Source: Acidaminococcaceae bacterium
GTDB lineage: Bacteria > Bacillota > Negativicutes > Acidaminococcales > Acidaminococcaceae
Direction: 5' to 3'
DNA: 64,000 nt
Assembly (NCBI GenBank): GCA_045598345.1
Contig: JAZLLX010000093.1
Coordinates: 54,166-118,165 of the forward strand
Shown: in pieces, positions 30,001 to 45,000 of the stretch
Layout: each line of letters starts with the position of its first letter
Position numbering within the stretch: the first letter of the stretch is position 1
The notes under the pieces: generated by a model
What the model was told of the DNA's origin: nothing
The model's input: only the letters and a program-made list of their open reading frames with translations
Database searches by the model: none
Made by a program: the position numbers and the translations under genes

Positions 30001-33000
30001 GTAATTATATCTTGCATTACGCCGGTAGTAGCATCGCCGGTTAAGGTTAAGGTCTTATCTGTGCTGATAGTAATGCCTGCGGTGGAAGCAAGGTCTTTGG
30101 CATTGGCTGTTACATTTTCTGCAACGGTAATCTTACCGCCGGTAATGGTCTTGCCGCTTAATAATGTACCTTCACGGAGTTCAACTTCGCCGCCCACACC
30201 GTCATCAATAGTGCCGCCAATATTATCAGCATCAATGATTAATTTACTGCTATCTTTGCCGATAATGATATTCTGACTAATGACATTATCAGTCAATATT
30301 GCAACTGTAGCAGCGGTAGTGCTATTACCAATCATAATACTGCCTGTGCCGGTTACCTTAGCGATAAATACGCCTGTGCCGACATCAGAACCGTCAACTG
30401 TTCCCATGAGAACTAAACCGTTAGCGGCATTATTCTTAATGCCGTCAGTTGTATCATCAATGGACAAGTAACTTGCGTTGATGGTCAAACTGGAGCCGTC
30501 ATTGATGAGCATGGTGTTCTGTTTGATTTGTTTATCAGAAGTAACTGCACCGGTGATTTGGGTTTCACCCTTGCCATTGGTATTGGTAATTGCAGATGCC
30601 AATGCGCCTGCAGTAAGTTCCAAAGTACCATCGTTCGTAACGGCATTGGTGCTTTGAATATCAGCAGCGGCAATCTTCAAGGATTTACCTTCGTTGACAG
30701 TTACATTTTTAGCGACAATTTTCTTGTCATTGGTCTTGGCATCAATAGTACCGTTAATAATCACTGTGCCTGTTGCACCGGTAATGTTATCCAACATTAC
30801 GCCATTGGTTGCATCACCAACCAAAGTCAAAGCATAAGTACCAGTATCACTTATAGTAATGCCTGCTGTGGATGCCAAATCGGAAGCGGTGGCGGTTACG
30901 TTGCCCGCAATAACGATTGTACCGCCGGTAATGGTGTTGCCCGCTGTCAAGTCATCTCCCTGTTTACCATCAGAACGGAGTTCAACTGTACCATTATTTC
31001 TGTTATCAACTTTTGCACCAATATTATCTACATCAATAATGAGTTTATTGGTTGCAGCAGCAATAATAATATCCTGCCCGATAACTGCATTTTCAGTTAA
31101 AGCAGTAATGGTTGCGGCATCTGTACCGTTACCAATCTGAACAGTGCCCGCGCCGGTAACTGCAGCGGTGAATGTGCCAGTATCACCTTCTGCACCTGTT
31201 AATACCAATCCCTGAGCAGAGTTATTAGTAAGGATGGTATTGATAGTCAAGTTGCCTGCATCAGTAGTCAACTTGGAACCTTCACCGATAGTTACCTTAT
31301 CCTGAGCAATGGTCTTGGCGGAAGTAACTGTACCGATAATCTTTGTTTCACCTTTATTGGCTGCACTTTGAGTAATAGCAGAAGCCAACGCACCGGTTGT
31401 TAATTCCAAAGTACCGTCATTGGTAAGAGTTGTAACAACTGCTTTATCCGCTGCAATCTTTAATGTATTAGATTCATTAACTTTTAAGGTATTGGCAGTA
31501 ATGCCCTTTGCTAATTTGTCCGCATCAATACTGTTGACGGTAGTGCCGCTGCCAATTTCAACAGTGCCTGTACCGCCGCTAATATTATCTTGGAGAATGC
31601 CTGTATCACCTGTGCCAAGCAAATTCAATGTATAAGTGTTATTACTGATAGTAATACCTTCGGTGGAAGCCAAATCATTGGCATTAGCGGTTACATTACC
31701 TGCAATGGTAATTGCCCCACCCTGAATAGCACTTTCTGTTACAGTAGTCGCTTTCTCTAATGTACCTTCACGAAGTTCTACAATATTGGAATTGGTTACT
31801 TTATTCTTTAAGTTACCTGCGGCGATAATGAGTTTGTCGCCTGCACCCATCATAAGAATTTCATTGGTAATTGCTTTGCCATTTGTTATTGCAGTAATTG
31901 TTGTTGTCGCTGTGCCGTTACCAATTTGCAATACGCCTGTACCCGCAATGCCGGTGGTCAATGTGCCTGCCTCATCTGTGCCCAGTAAAATCAGACCTTT
32001 TTCTTTATCATTGGTAACAGTTGTAATGCCATTTAATTCTTCAGCATTGGTAGTAACTTCACCGTCAGTAATGGTCAATGCACTTTGGGTTATATCAGCA
32101 CTTGTATCAATAGCAACTTTTGCACCATTAACAGTCAGAGTGCCGGATGTACCGGAAATAGTGCCTTTGATGGCAACATTGCCCTGTTTGAAGTCAACAG
32201 TACCGTCATTAGTAATAATCGCTGTACTATTGATATTTGTATTGCCGGAATTATTAAACGTTACAGTAGCGCCGGACGCATTTTCAATAGTGGAATTGAT
32301 GGTATAGTTCTTGCCGTTGAAGTCAATTGTTCCTGCAGCATTAATCAATTTGCCATTAACGCCAACTCCGTCTTCAGCAAGACCGATAGTAGTAACTTGA
32401 TCCCTTTCGTTATTGAATACCAACGCACCGCCATCAACTTTTACTGCAAAGTTGTAATCATCATCAGAATTGCCAAAGCCGGCAATAGTACCTACACTTT
32501 CAAAAATGAGGGTTGCCTTTTCCGGCACAATGATACCACCAATATCATCGGAAGCAGTAAAGTTGTAGCCGGCACCGTCACCAAGAATGGTGAGTTCACG
32601 GCTGCCTGCTGTTGTTTGAGTAGCAGAGAATGCCATTGTGCCTAATTCTGTGGCAGTACTGTCACTAACATGTGTATTATATATACCACTTCCATCAGAT
32701 TTATCTGTACCATCTTCATTTTGTAATCTCAAACTTTCATCAACAGTCCATGCTGTACCATGAGTAGCAATCCAATCAGTCGGGTCAGGAATGGAGAATA
32801 CTGGTGAATCAGCAGGATGGGCATCAATTTGTTTCCAATCTCCTTTATGTGGATCATCCGTTTTAGTAACTTCAACCCACCTCATATTATCCTGAATCAT
32901 TTGTGCCAAACTGAAACCAACGGAACGGGTAACTTTAATATAACCTGCTTTGGTAGAATCCGGATTCTCATCTGCAGTAGCAGCATCTTCAAAAATAAAC

Positions 33001-36000
33001 CGGAAATCGTCACTGTAAACCGTTTCTGTCCTGCCCCAAGTAATGTTTCGGTAATCATCAGAACCTGTTGTTGTTACCGGTTTAATGTAGACATAAGAAT
33101 CTATTTCCATGTCTTCACTTACTTCAGTAACTTTAATGTTCTTCAGTTTAATTGTGGTATTGTTATCAATGTTACGGCTTATGTTAATTGCATCGTACAC
33201 AATTTTATCGGTTTCATTCAAATAATCTGTACCCGATGTTTCTCCGGCAATTGCACCTGTTTTGGACATATCAATATCAAAGATAAAGTTAAAGCCACTG
33301 CCTTTTAAGTCCACCGCTTCAATTGTTCCGTTAACATCTTTGTCTGACATATTAATAGTACCGCCATCGGAAACCAAAGTTTCTGTTACAGTCAAGTTTC
33401 CGTAAGTGTTTAACTTACCGCCATTGTCAATTTTGATATTATCAGTTTGCATATCAACATTAGCGTCTTTTGTTAAAGTAGCATTGTTATGGATAAGAAT
33501 ATCGTCAACGGTCGCTGTGCTGTCCAAAGTAGTATTGCCAATATTCAGAACGGCACTATTGCCATGTTCACTGCCAACCTCAATGGCTTTAACTCTTGCA
33601 ATGTACCTGTCTGCATTAAGTGTGCCTTGAACACTCAATTCAACATCATCATCATTCAATACAGTGTTGTCCTTGAAATTAATGGTTCTATTTTGAGCAA
33701 TTTCAAAAACACCTTCACCAGCAACTATTTCATTCCAGTCGCCAGTATAATCCAAAGCAATAGTAGCATTGCTGCTCAAAACTACACCGCCGCCGGATGC
33801 ACCAGTATCAACACTGTTGGTAATAGTGGCATCCGCACCTAAAGTAAGTGTGCCATCGTTTAATACCACATCCCTAATCTTCAGTTCTTGGGCACTGGTG
33901 CCGCCGGTTACGGTTACATTAGTACCGGTAAGTTTGCTGATATAGACATTGTCAGTAGAACCGCCTGTCAGGGCAAGTTTACCGGTTGAACCAAATGCCA
34001 ATACGGAACCGTCATCAGCCATAGTCATGCCCTTTTCCAAAGTAACGGTCTTACCGTCAGTAATATCAATCTCAGTATTGGTAACTGCCAAATCCTCTTC
34101 GGCGGTCAAATTACCAAAGTTGATTACACCTTGAGCACCGTCACCATTTAAGGTAAGTTTGCCGTTGGCGGTGGTGTCGCCAAAGTTGTGAGTATGAGTA
34201 TTGCCATCTTTAATATTGATGGTAGTTGCACCGGTAATAACAGATGTCGTTGCTGTGAAAGCATTGTTCAAATTGATTGTGCTTGCAGCAGAATTATTAT
34301 AATTGAAAGTGGTAGCATTTATAGTGCCATCAAGATTGGTGGTAACAGCATCTTTAATTGTCACTGTATCGGCAGTAATGTCCGCTGCGGTTTCTGCATT
34401 TATAGTTTTACCTTCAAGAGTTACAGATTTATTGCCACCTATGCCGCCGCTTCCTGCTTTTACATCGTCTTTCAATGTTATGGTTTCTGTGCCTGTAATT
34501 GAAACCGTACCATATTGAGCATAAACATTATTCATAGTAACATTAGTACCATTAACAAGAATGTTACTGGGTGAAGTGCTAGTGGTTTTAACATTATTTT
34601 TTGCTTCAATGGTTGTACCATTTAACTGAATACTTTGTTTTGCCTCAACTTCGTCATTCAAAAGTAATGTGTCAGTATTTTCGTTACCGATAAGAACTAA
34701 TGATGTTCCCTGAACTTTGCCTTTAGTTTCCACTTTGCCAGTGCTTGCAATTTTAATCTCATCAGCGGAGGTTGTTTCGTTAACAGTGATATCCTTGCCT
34801 GTCAAATTAATAGTACCGCCAGTTGCACTCAAACTCTTGAATACGGCAGTATCCGCACCGCCTTGGGTATTTTTCAAAGTAATAGTACCACCGCTGACAC
34901 TAATCGTAGTATTGGCGGCATCTACACTCTGGGCATCCATAGTGATGTTACTTCTCGCTTCTTCAACAGTAATGCCTGTGCCGAAGGTCAGTTTGCCTGT
35001 GGATGCGGCCAAATCAATACTGCCCTTGGTTGCGGTGATAGCACCAGCAAAGGTAATATCTTTGGCACTCATCTTTATGGAATTACCGGCAGCATCCAAA
35101 GAATTGCCTCCCGCTTCAACCGCACCGCTAATAGTAAGGGTCTTATTGTTTTTAATATCAATATCAATGAGATTGTAAGCGTTTAACCCTGCAAAATTGA
35201 AATCTTTTACTTCTGTGGAAGTATTAGTCCCTTCGCCGGTAATCTTAATGCTGCCCTTACCGGAAGTCATATCGCCAACAGCAGAAATGTCTGTGGCCTT
35301 AATAATAATATCGTTTGCAGTACTGCCACCATTCGTAGTGCTTACAATGTCGCCAAAGGTTACGGCTTTGTTGGAATATACCTCCACACCCGCAGCGCCG
35401 CTGACCGCACCGGTCATAACAACCTTGCCCGCATTTACGGAATCAGTGCCAACAATAACTTTGCCTGCAGTTGCACTGACCGTACCGCCGGCAGTAACTG
35501 CACTGCCGTTCATGGTTACAGTGCCGCCACTGATATTGCCGTCAACGGTCAGGGCATTGCCCTTCAGATTTACGGCAGTGCCGCCACTGATTGCACCATG
35601 AATATTCACCGCAGCACCACCCAAAACGGTAACATTATTCGCTTTCAATACTTCTTCAGCAGTGCTACCAGTGGTATTGTTCACGGTAATCTGATTGCCT
35701 TGCAAATCAATATCATTGCCTGCTTCAAGTTTATTGAAGGTTGCACTGACCGCACTGGTGCTGTACACCAATTTGATATCATTGCCTGCTTTTAATGTTG
35801 CGGTTGCATCCACCGTATTGGCATCCATGGTGATATTGCCTGCGGTGGCAGTAACATTAGTATTGATGTCCAACACGCCTTTGGCGGTCAGAACCACATT
35901 GCCAGCATCTGCGGTAATACCGCCGTCAACAGTAATGTCCTTGCCCTGAATATCAACGGATGTCTCAGAGTCATTGCCTTCGGTATGCACTAATCCTGTC

Positions 36001-39000
36001 AGGGAAATGTTTTTGTCGTCAGCGGTCTTCAAACTAATATCTTTGTCCGCCTCAATAGCGGCAAACTCGGCATCCCCTGTGCCGGTTAAAGTAATGCTGC
36101 CGGCAGTTGCTGTCATTGTATCTTTGGCTGTAATGCTACCGCCGGTCAAAGTGATGTTTCCGGCTGTGGCAGTTACGGTATCAGCAAATTCAGCGGTGGT
36201 GAAGGTAGAAACAACACCTGTGCCTGCCTGAACCGCACCGGCAATTTCTAAAGTACCGCCAGTTAAAGTAACGATTTCACCACCGGTAATGTCATTGGCA
36301 ACAGAAAGTTTAGTGCCACCGGTCAAAGTTACATCATCGGAGCCATTGACTTTGCCTTGGATATTTACATTGCGGGTACCATTGACAGTAATAGTACCAC
36401 CGGTGGTCTTCAGCACTTCATCATCAATGCTGTCAACATAGTTGACAGTAATGTCTTTGCCTTGCAAATCTATATTCTTGCCCGCATTAATCTTCTTGAA
36501 AGTTGCACTGGCAGAAGTATCGCCATTCAAAGTAATGTCACCGCCTGCGGTCATGGATGCACTTGCATCCACAGAGTTGGCATGCATAGCAATATTGCCG
36601 GTGTTGGCAGTAACATCTTTATTGATATCCAAAATGCCTGCGGCAGTCAAAAGCACACTGCCTGCCGCTGCGGTAATGCCACCGTCAACAGTAATATTTC
36701 TGCCTTTAACATCAACAGTATTTGTTGTTGCAGCATTGCCTGTACCAGTTGCAGTAACAAGCCCATTTAATGTAATGTCATTACTATTTGTGGTCTTTAA
36801 TACCACATCCTTGTGTGCAGTCAAGGCATCAAATTCTGCATCGCCGCCAGTTGTAGTATTGTCCATTAAGATGCTGCCTTTGGCAGAAGTCATATCTTTG
36901 GCAATAATATCTTTAACATTTAAAATGATATTATTTTCGTTTGTCCCTGTGGTTTCTACATTGGCATTAAATTGAACCTTATTGCCTGAATATACAGTAA
37001 TGCCGTCAGTTGCAGATACTGCCCCGTCAAAGGTTGCAGTATTAACACCTGTTTCACTCGTACCAATGGATACGGTGCCGCCGGTGGCGGTAACACTCTT
37101 GCCGGATACGGAACCGCCGGTCAGTACCACATTCAAACCTTGAACTGCATCACCTAACTTAAGGGATGTAGTGCCGTTTAAGTTGACATCACTTGTACCG
37201 GTAACTGTGCCTTTCAGTTCCACTTCACCTGTACCGTTGACGGTAATTTTCTGTGCGGAAAGGTCTTTGTTGGCAATAATATTATTGCCCTGCAAATTAA
37301 TATCAGTGCCTGCTTTCAAATTATTAAACTCTGCAGTTCCTGCAGTTGCATATTGGGTCAAAGTAATGCTGCCGGCGGTGGCTTCAATATCACCGGTTGC
37401 AGTCACATTATCTGCCTTCAGAACAACATTATCAGCACCGGTTACGGTCTTGCCGGATGCGATGGTCAATTTGTTTGCCGCAGTAAGATTTACATCGCCT
37501 GCAGTTGTTGTAACATCTGCATTAACATTCACTTTGTTGCCTGTAACAATAACTGCGGCATTATCCTTCTTTGCAGTCCCTTGAGCAGAAACATCTCCGT
37601 TCAAGGTAATGTCCGCCAAAGCGCCGCCATTGAGTTCAATATAATCACGGGCAGAAATTCCCGCAAAGGTGTCAGTAATAGTTTCACCAGTTGTGCCGGT
37701 AACATTCATAACTACTTTGCCGCCAGCAGCATTCATGGCGCCGGTTGCAGTAATGTTCTTGACATCAAGAGTAATATCACCATTAGTTGCAGTAACTCCT
37801 TTAACTTTGGCGTCAATGGAGGAATATATTTCAACTCCGGTTGCACCAGTTACATTATCTTGCAGTTGGACATTGCCAATCTTATCACCGTCCGCTCCAA
37901 CAGTAACTTTAGCGGATTTTGCTTCAACGGTTCCTTCCGCAGTTACAGAACCGCCGTTCAAAGCGACAGACGCACCTTCAACCGCACCTTTTACCTGCAG
38001 GGAAACATCACCGTTCAATGTAACATTTTCTGTACCGGTAACTGCACCTTTTAAATCAACAATGCCTTTGCCGTTAACGCTAATTGTTCCAGAGGTAAGG
38101 TTATTGTTGGCAGTAATATCCTTGCCTTGCAAATCAATGAGTTTTCCGGCAGTTATGTTGTTAAAGGTTGCACTGACAGCGTTGGTATTGGGTGAAAGGA
38201 TAACACTGCCGTTTTCAGCAACAAGGTCGCCATAGGCAAGCACGGTTGCCGCATCCATAGTAATGGTGGCATTTTGTGCTTGGGCAGTAATAGCAGTACC
38301 TGCTTTAATATTTAATGTATTTTCAGCATCCAGGGAAATATTGCCCTTGGTTGCCGTAATATCAGCATTTACATTGAGGGTCTTGCCGCTAACTTCTACA
38401 CCATTAGTACCTTTCAAAGCATTGCCTGCGGCAGTAACTGCTCCGTCAATGGTAATAATGCTGTTTGTACCGCCGTTAAGGGCAACATAGCCGCCGGCAG
38501 AAACTGCAACAGTGCCGGAAGTAACGCCAAAGGTTGCATCCCCGCTGGCACTCATATCAATACTGCCTGCTGTCGCCGTCATAGTGTCAGCAGATGTGAG
38601 TTTATTGACTATTAAAGTAATATTGCCTGTTCCAGCGGTAACTGTATCGCCAAAAGCCACATTTTCGCTGGAATATACATTTATGGCATTGGTGGCGCTG
38701 ACTGCACCGGTCAGGGTTACGGAAGCAATTGGAGTATCTTCTGTACCAATGGTAATAGTACCCTTGGCAGAATCATCACTTGCGGCTGTTACCGTCCCTT
38801 GGGCAAGCACTTCGCCGCCGTTCAGGATTACATCCTGGCCTGCAACATCGCCTTCCATGGTCAAACTGATGGAACCGTTCAAATCCACATCGCCGCCGGT
38901 AGTGCTAACCTCCTGCCTGGTGGTAACGGTATCGCCCCTTAAAATAATATCTTTAGTGGCGGACAGGGTGTTGAAGGTTGCAGTGCCCACATGGCCTGCT

Positions 39001-42000
39001 TCATCCTCCATAAGGATGCTGCCGCCGGCAACAATACTGCCGTCAGCAGTAACATTTTTGGCATCAATGATTACATCCTCACCCGCCTTAACTGTTTTGC
39101 CCGTCTGAATGGTCAGGCCGTCCGCTATATTGAGGACTACATCACCATTTATAGTAGTGCCAGATACGTTGTTCACATCTGCGTTCACTTTCAAGGTCTT
39201 GGCAGTGATGGCAATGCCGGCGCCGTCAGTTGTTAATGCAGTGCCTGTGGCATTAACTGCATCATTCAAAGTAATTACGCCGGTATCACCGCCGTCAATG
39301 GTAATGTAATTCTTGGCAGTAATTGCCTGTAAATCCGCCTGGGCAGTTACACCGCTCAGGATAACACTGCCGCTTGCAGAATTGATTGCACTTGCCGGTT
39401 TATTGGCTTTAACAGTTGCACCGGTAATGGAGATATCGCCTGTACCCTCATTGGTTACAGTGCTGTCAAAGGTAAAGGTGTTTGCATAAACATCAATGCC
39501 ATCGGTTGCGCTCATGGCGCCGGCAAATTTTGCACTGGTAACCGGTTTTGCTGAAGTGCCTACACTGAGAGTGCCGCCGGTGGCTGCAACAGTACTGTTG
39601 GCAGTTACAGTGCCGCCATTAATAACAACATCTTTGCCGCTGACTGCTCCTGTCATTGTCAAAGAAGTGCCGCCCGTCAAGGTGGCAGTTGCCGTATTGG
39701 CAGTTACTGCACCCAGTAACTGAACTTCGCCGTCACCTTCCACGGTAACTGTGCCGGCAGTAAGGTCCGCATTGGCGGTAATGTTATTGCCAAGCAAACT
39801 GATTATGTCTTTTGCGGTCAAGTTATTAAAGGTGGCAGTACCCGCCGCTTCACCCTTGTCAATTAAGTAGATACTGCCTTGTTCTGCTTTAATATCGCCT
39901 GTTGCAACAACAGTAGCGGAGTCCATATAAACATTGCCTTTTGTTGCTTCTACCGTAACTCCACCGGCAATAGCCAGTTTCTCGCTGGTGGTGAGAAGGA
40001 TATTGCCGTCAGTAGCGGTGGTATCGGCATTGACATTGATGGTCCTGCCTGCAATATCAATGGCTTTATCGGTAACTGCGCCTGTGCCTGTGCCTGACAA
40101 TTTATTTGTACCGGTGGCATTAACTTCGTCATTCAAAGTAATGGTACCGGTGGTGCCGCCGTCAACAGTGATGTAATTGAAGGCGGTAATTTTATCTAAG
40201 TTTGCTTCGGCAGTTACACCACTTAAAATTACGCTGCCGGAGCCGGATTTGATTTCATCTTTAGCCGTAATCTGGGCAGAGTCCACCTTAATATCGTTGG
40301 CAGAACCTGCACCTGTGCTTGTGGAAACAGTGGAATCAAAGGTAACAGAGCCGGCATAAACATCAATACCTTGGGCTGCGCTTAAAGCCCCTGTGAAACT
40401 GCCGGAAGTGATTTTGTCTGTTGTACTTTGACCTACGGTAATCTTGCCGTTTTGGGCAGTAATATCCCCTTGGGCGGTAACATTGCCGCCGTTAATAGCA
40501 ACATTGGTTGCACCAACTACCGCACCGCCGATACTGAGGGTTGTGCCGCCTGTCAGGGTAACTGCACCAACGGTGGAGGTAACAGCAACTTTTTTGCCAT
40601 CAGTCGCTTCGGCAGGAACCGCCCCTTTCAAGTCCACGATGCCACGACCATTTACGGTAACTGTGCCGGCAGTAAGGGCCGCATTGGCAGTAATGTTATT
40701 GCCAAGCAAACTGATTTCTTTATCTGCATTCAAGTTGTTAAAGGTGGCAGTATCGGCGTTATCTTTATTCAGTAACTTAATACTGCCTGTGGTGGCGTTA
40801 ATGTCGCCCGAAGCGCTTACGGATGCGGAATCCATAATTACATCGCCTTGGGAGGAAGTAACGCTCTTGCCGCTGCCAATGGTCAGTACACCGGCGGTGG
40901 TGAACTTCACATCACCCTTGCCGGCAGTAATATCTGCCTGAACATTGATATTGTTGCCTTTTACTTCCACGCCATTGCCGTTTGCAGAACCATCAACTGC
41001 TTTGGCAGTTCCATCTTCTGATGTTGTAACAGTACCTGACAAAGTGATATTGCCTGTGTCGCCGCCCTGAATATCAATATAATTCTTGGCGCTGACTGCC
41101 TGCAAGTCCGCAGAATCGGTTACGCCGTTGATAATTACTTTGCCCATGCCGGAAGTGATGGCGCCCCCAGCCACTAATTTTTGAGTATTTAACGTAATAT
41201 CGTTATCAGCAACACCGCTATTTCCACTATCTTGAGTGGTAACGCTGGAGCCAAAGGTAAGATTGGTTGCATCAATAGTAATCTTATCCGTTGCACTTAA
41301 AGCGCCCTGCAAAGTTGCGGTGCCGACAGTGCTGTCCTGACCAATCTTAATTTCACCATCAGTGGCAGTAATGGTGGCAGTTGTGGCAGTTGCTCTAACG
41401 GTAGCGCCGTCCAAGGTTACGGCAGTGCCGCTTACCGCACCGTCCATAGTAAGGGTGGCGTCTGATTTCATGGTGACAGAGCCGTTACCTTCGCTGTTTG
41501 CCGCTATAGTACCGGTTACAGTCCCCTTGGTCCAAACATCGCCGGTACCGATAATATTGATAGTATTAGTTAATAAATTATTGTTGGCAGTGATTGCCTT
41601 GCCCTGCAAATCAATTTTGTTCAATGCCTGTAATTCGTTAAAGGTGGCACTGACCGCATTAGCGTTTTCAACAAGGGTAATGCTGCCATTTGTTGCCGTA
41701 ATCTTGGTGTCGGCAGCCATTTCCACGGTAGCCGCATCAAGGGTAACATCCTTATCTGCAGTAATATTGCCTTTAATATCCACTTTGCCTGTTTGGGCAG
41801 TCAAAGAGGCACTGCCTGCTGTGGCAGTTACGGAAGCGCCGTTACCGATATTGATATCCTTGCCGGTAATGGTTACGGCGTCAGCAGTGCCGGCAACATC
41901 AGTACCGTCGGCGGTCAAAGTGCCGGACAGGGTGACAACACCTGTTCCCGAATTGAGGGCGATTGTCTTGCCTGCAGCAATATTCTTCAAAAGAATGTCC

Positions 42001-45000
42001 CCGGTAGTGGTGGTCATGGCAATATCCCCGCCGGAAGCGGTTACATTGCCCAGACCTTCGCCCGCCGTATTGGCCGTAACGGATTGGGCGTTAATAGTGA
42101 TATTACCTGCATTAGCAACCGCATTGGTAGCAAAGGTCAGGCCGCCTGTAGCAGTTACAGCAATTCCATTGGCGGCAGTAACATCTTTGTTAAAGTTCAC
42201 TGTTCCTGCATTCGTTGTGGAATTGCCGACAGTAATTGCCCCTGTGGTGGATGTGACTGTGCCTTTGGCAGTAATATCCGCACCGTTCAGGGCCACGGAA
42301 GTGCCGCTGATGTTGCCGTTGACAATCAGTTTGGTCCCGCCGTTCAAGGTTACGGAACCGTAACCTTCACTGTCGGTTGAAGTGGCGCCGGTAACCGCCT
42401 GGAGAATTACTTCACCGGAACCGTCAACAACTACAGTATTGGTACTGAAATCTTTACCTACTGTAATATTATTACCTTTTAAGTTGATTTCGTCTTTTGC
42501 ATATAATTGTTCAAAAGTTGCTTTATTAAAGGTTGTATTTGTATTATTGAGGATGATGCTGCCGTTGGTGGCGGTAATGGTGCCGGTGGCAGTAACATCC
42601 TTAGCATTCATTATTACATCGTCATTGGCAGTTACGCTGCCGGGCAGGGTCAGGGTGCCGGTGGCAGTGAGTTTTACATCGGCGCCTGCGCCTGTATTGG
42701 CAGTAATAGTTGCATTATTGCCGGATGCCGTAATATTGTTGGCGCTGAGGGTAACCCCGTTTGTACCGCCCGAAGTAATGGCATTGTCAAATTTAATTTC
42801 TTTGCCGGTTGCACTCATGCTAATATCCCCGCCGGCAGTAACAATGTGCAGGGACGCATCCCCCGTGCCGGTCATGGTAATATTACCGGTCTTGGCCCAA
42901 ATTTGCGCTCCGGTTGCGGTCAATTTTTCGTTTTCCAAAGCAATATCGCCTGTGGTGGCAGTCACATTACCGTCAAAGGAAATTTCACCGTTGCTTAACA
43001 TAGTAATGCCATTAGCGGCAGTAACAGTGTTATTGAAACTTGCAGATGTAACATATTTGTCAGTCCCACCGACCAAAATTGCACCTTCGGTGGAGGTTAC
43101 GCTCTGCTCTGCATTAATTTCTCCGCCCAACAATGTGACAACGCTGCCCTCAACAGTTCCCTTGGTTCTTAAGGAAGTGTCGCCTTCCAGGGTGACAGTA
43201 GTTGCGCCTGTAATATTGCCCTTTGCCAATACTTCACCGCTGCCGTTGACATTGATTGTGGTTGCGTCAACCGTCTTGTTCAGGGTGATTTTATTGCCCT
43301 GCAAATTAATATTGGCCGCTTTCAGTTCGTCAAATTCCGCACTGACTGCGCCTTCGGGTTTGGTTAAGGTAATATCCCCTTCTGCCTCAATCTTGGCACT
43401 TGCCTGTACGGTCTTGGCATTCAAATGCACATCTTTGGCGGAGGTGACAGCACCTTTCAAAGTAATGCTGTCCGTTGCAGTCAAATCAATGTCCCCTGCA
43501 GTGGTGGTAAGGGTGCTGACTGTAGTTCCCGCATTGATGGTCTTGGCGCTTACGGTAATACCTGCCAAGTTAGTGGAACCAACCGCCTCTACTGTATTGC
43601 TGAAAGTTACTTCCCCGTTAGTGTCTGTTACCTTAAATGTGGTACCGGCATATACAACATTGAATTTTGCTGTGCCGTTGGCAGTGATGTCAATAGCGCC
43701 TGCATTGGCAGTCAAATTATTTTGCGCTTCAAAAGTGCCGTTATCTCTTACCACAATATCTCCGGTGGTGGCGGTTGTGGCTCCGCCAAAGGTCAGGGAT
43801 TCTGCAATATCAGCAGTAATGCCCGTACCTGCAGTAACAATGCCGGTCAGGGAAACCTTGCCCGCCTCATCTCCAGAAGCGCCAATGGTCAAGGTACTTG
43901 CCGCATTTACTAATTTATTATTAGTTACATTAACAATATCACCGTTGAAGAAGATGGTGCCGCCGGAAACATCGTTCTGCATTTCCAGTTTGGTGTCGCC
44001 CACCATGTGAACACTGGTAGCACCGTTGATTGTACCTATTACTGTAACGGTGCCGGTGCCGTCAGTATTGATTACATTGGCGCCCATATTGCCGTTGACA
44101 GTAATATCCTTACCGTCCAAATCAATAGTGCCGTTGGTGGCGGTCAAGTCCTTAAATTGGGCGGAAACAGCGGTGGTCTTCTGGTCCAAACTGATGGTAC
44201 CGCCGCTGACAACGCTTAAACTTGCTGTTGCGGCTTCAACTGTATCCGCATTTACGATAATATCCCCATTGGTTGCAGTGGCGGTATTATTGGTTAAAGT
44301 CAATGTATTGGTGTCAAATTTAATATTACCGTTAGCAACATTAATATTGCTGCCGGAGGTAATGCTGCCCGCAGTAATTTCCATTGCGGTCTTGCCATCC
44401 GAGAGTAAAGTACTGCCTGCCACATTTACAACATCGCCCAAGGTAACGGTCTTGCCGGCGGCAGTAACCTGCATGGATTTGTTGACAGCCAACTCATCCA
44501 AAGCAACATCGCCGGTGGCAGTTACAAAGAGGTTGCCGGCTTTTGCCCAAACCTTTTCAGATGTAGTAAGGGTGCCGGTTTCTAATGTAATATCTCCTGT
44601 ATTAACAGTAACTTCTTTACTGAATGTTAAAGAGGTATCTGCATAAGCATTAAGGGTATCTGCAACAGTAACTGCTCTACTGAAAGTAACAGTTCCTGCA
44701 TGAGTTCCGCCATCGCTGCCATCGCCAATATTCAAAGCGCCTGTTGTGGTTTCAACTTCGCCTTTGGCAAGGACGGTGCCGCCGTTAAAGAAGATTGTGC
44801 CGCCGGAAACATCATTCTGCATTTCCAGTTTGGTGTCGCCCACCATGTGAACACTGGTAGCACCGTTGATTGTGCCTTTTACGGTAACAGTGCCGGTGCC
44901 GTCAGTATTGATTACATCGGCAGACATACCGCCGTTGACAGTAATGTCCTTGCCGTCCAAATCAATGGTGCCATTGGTGGCGGTCAAGTCCTTAAACTTG

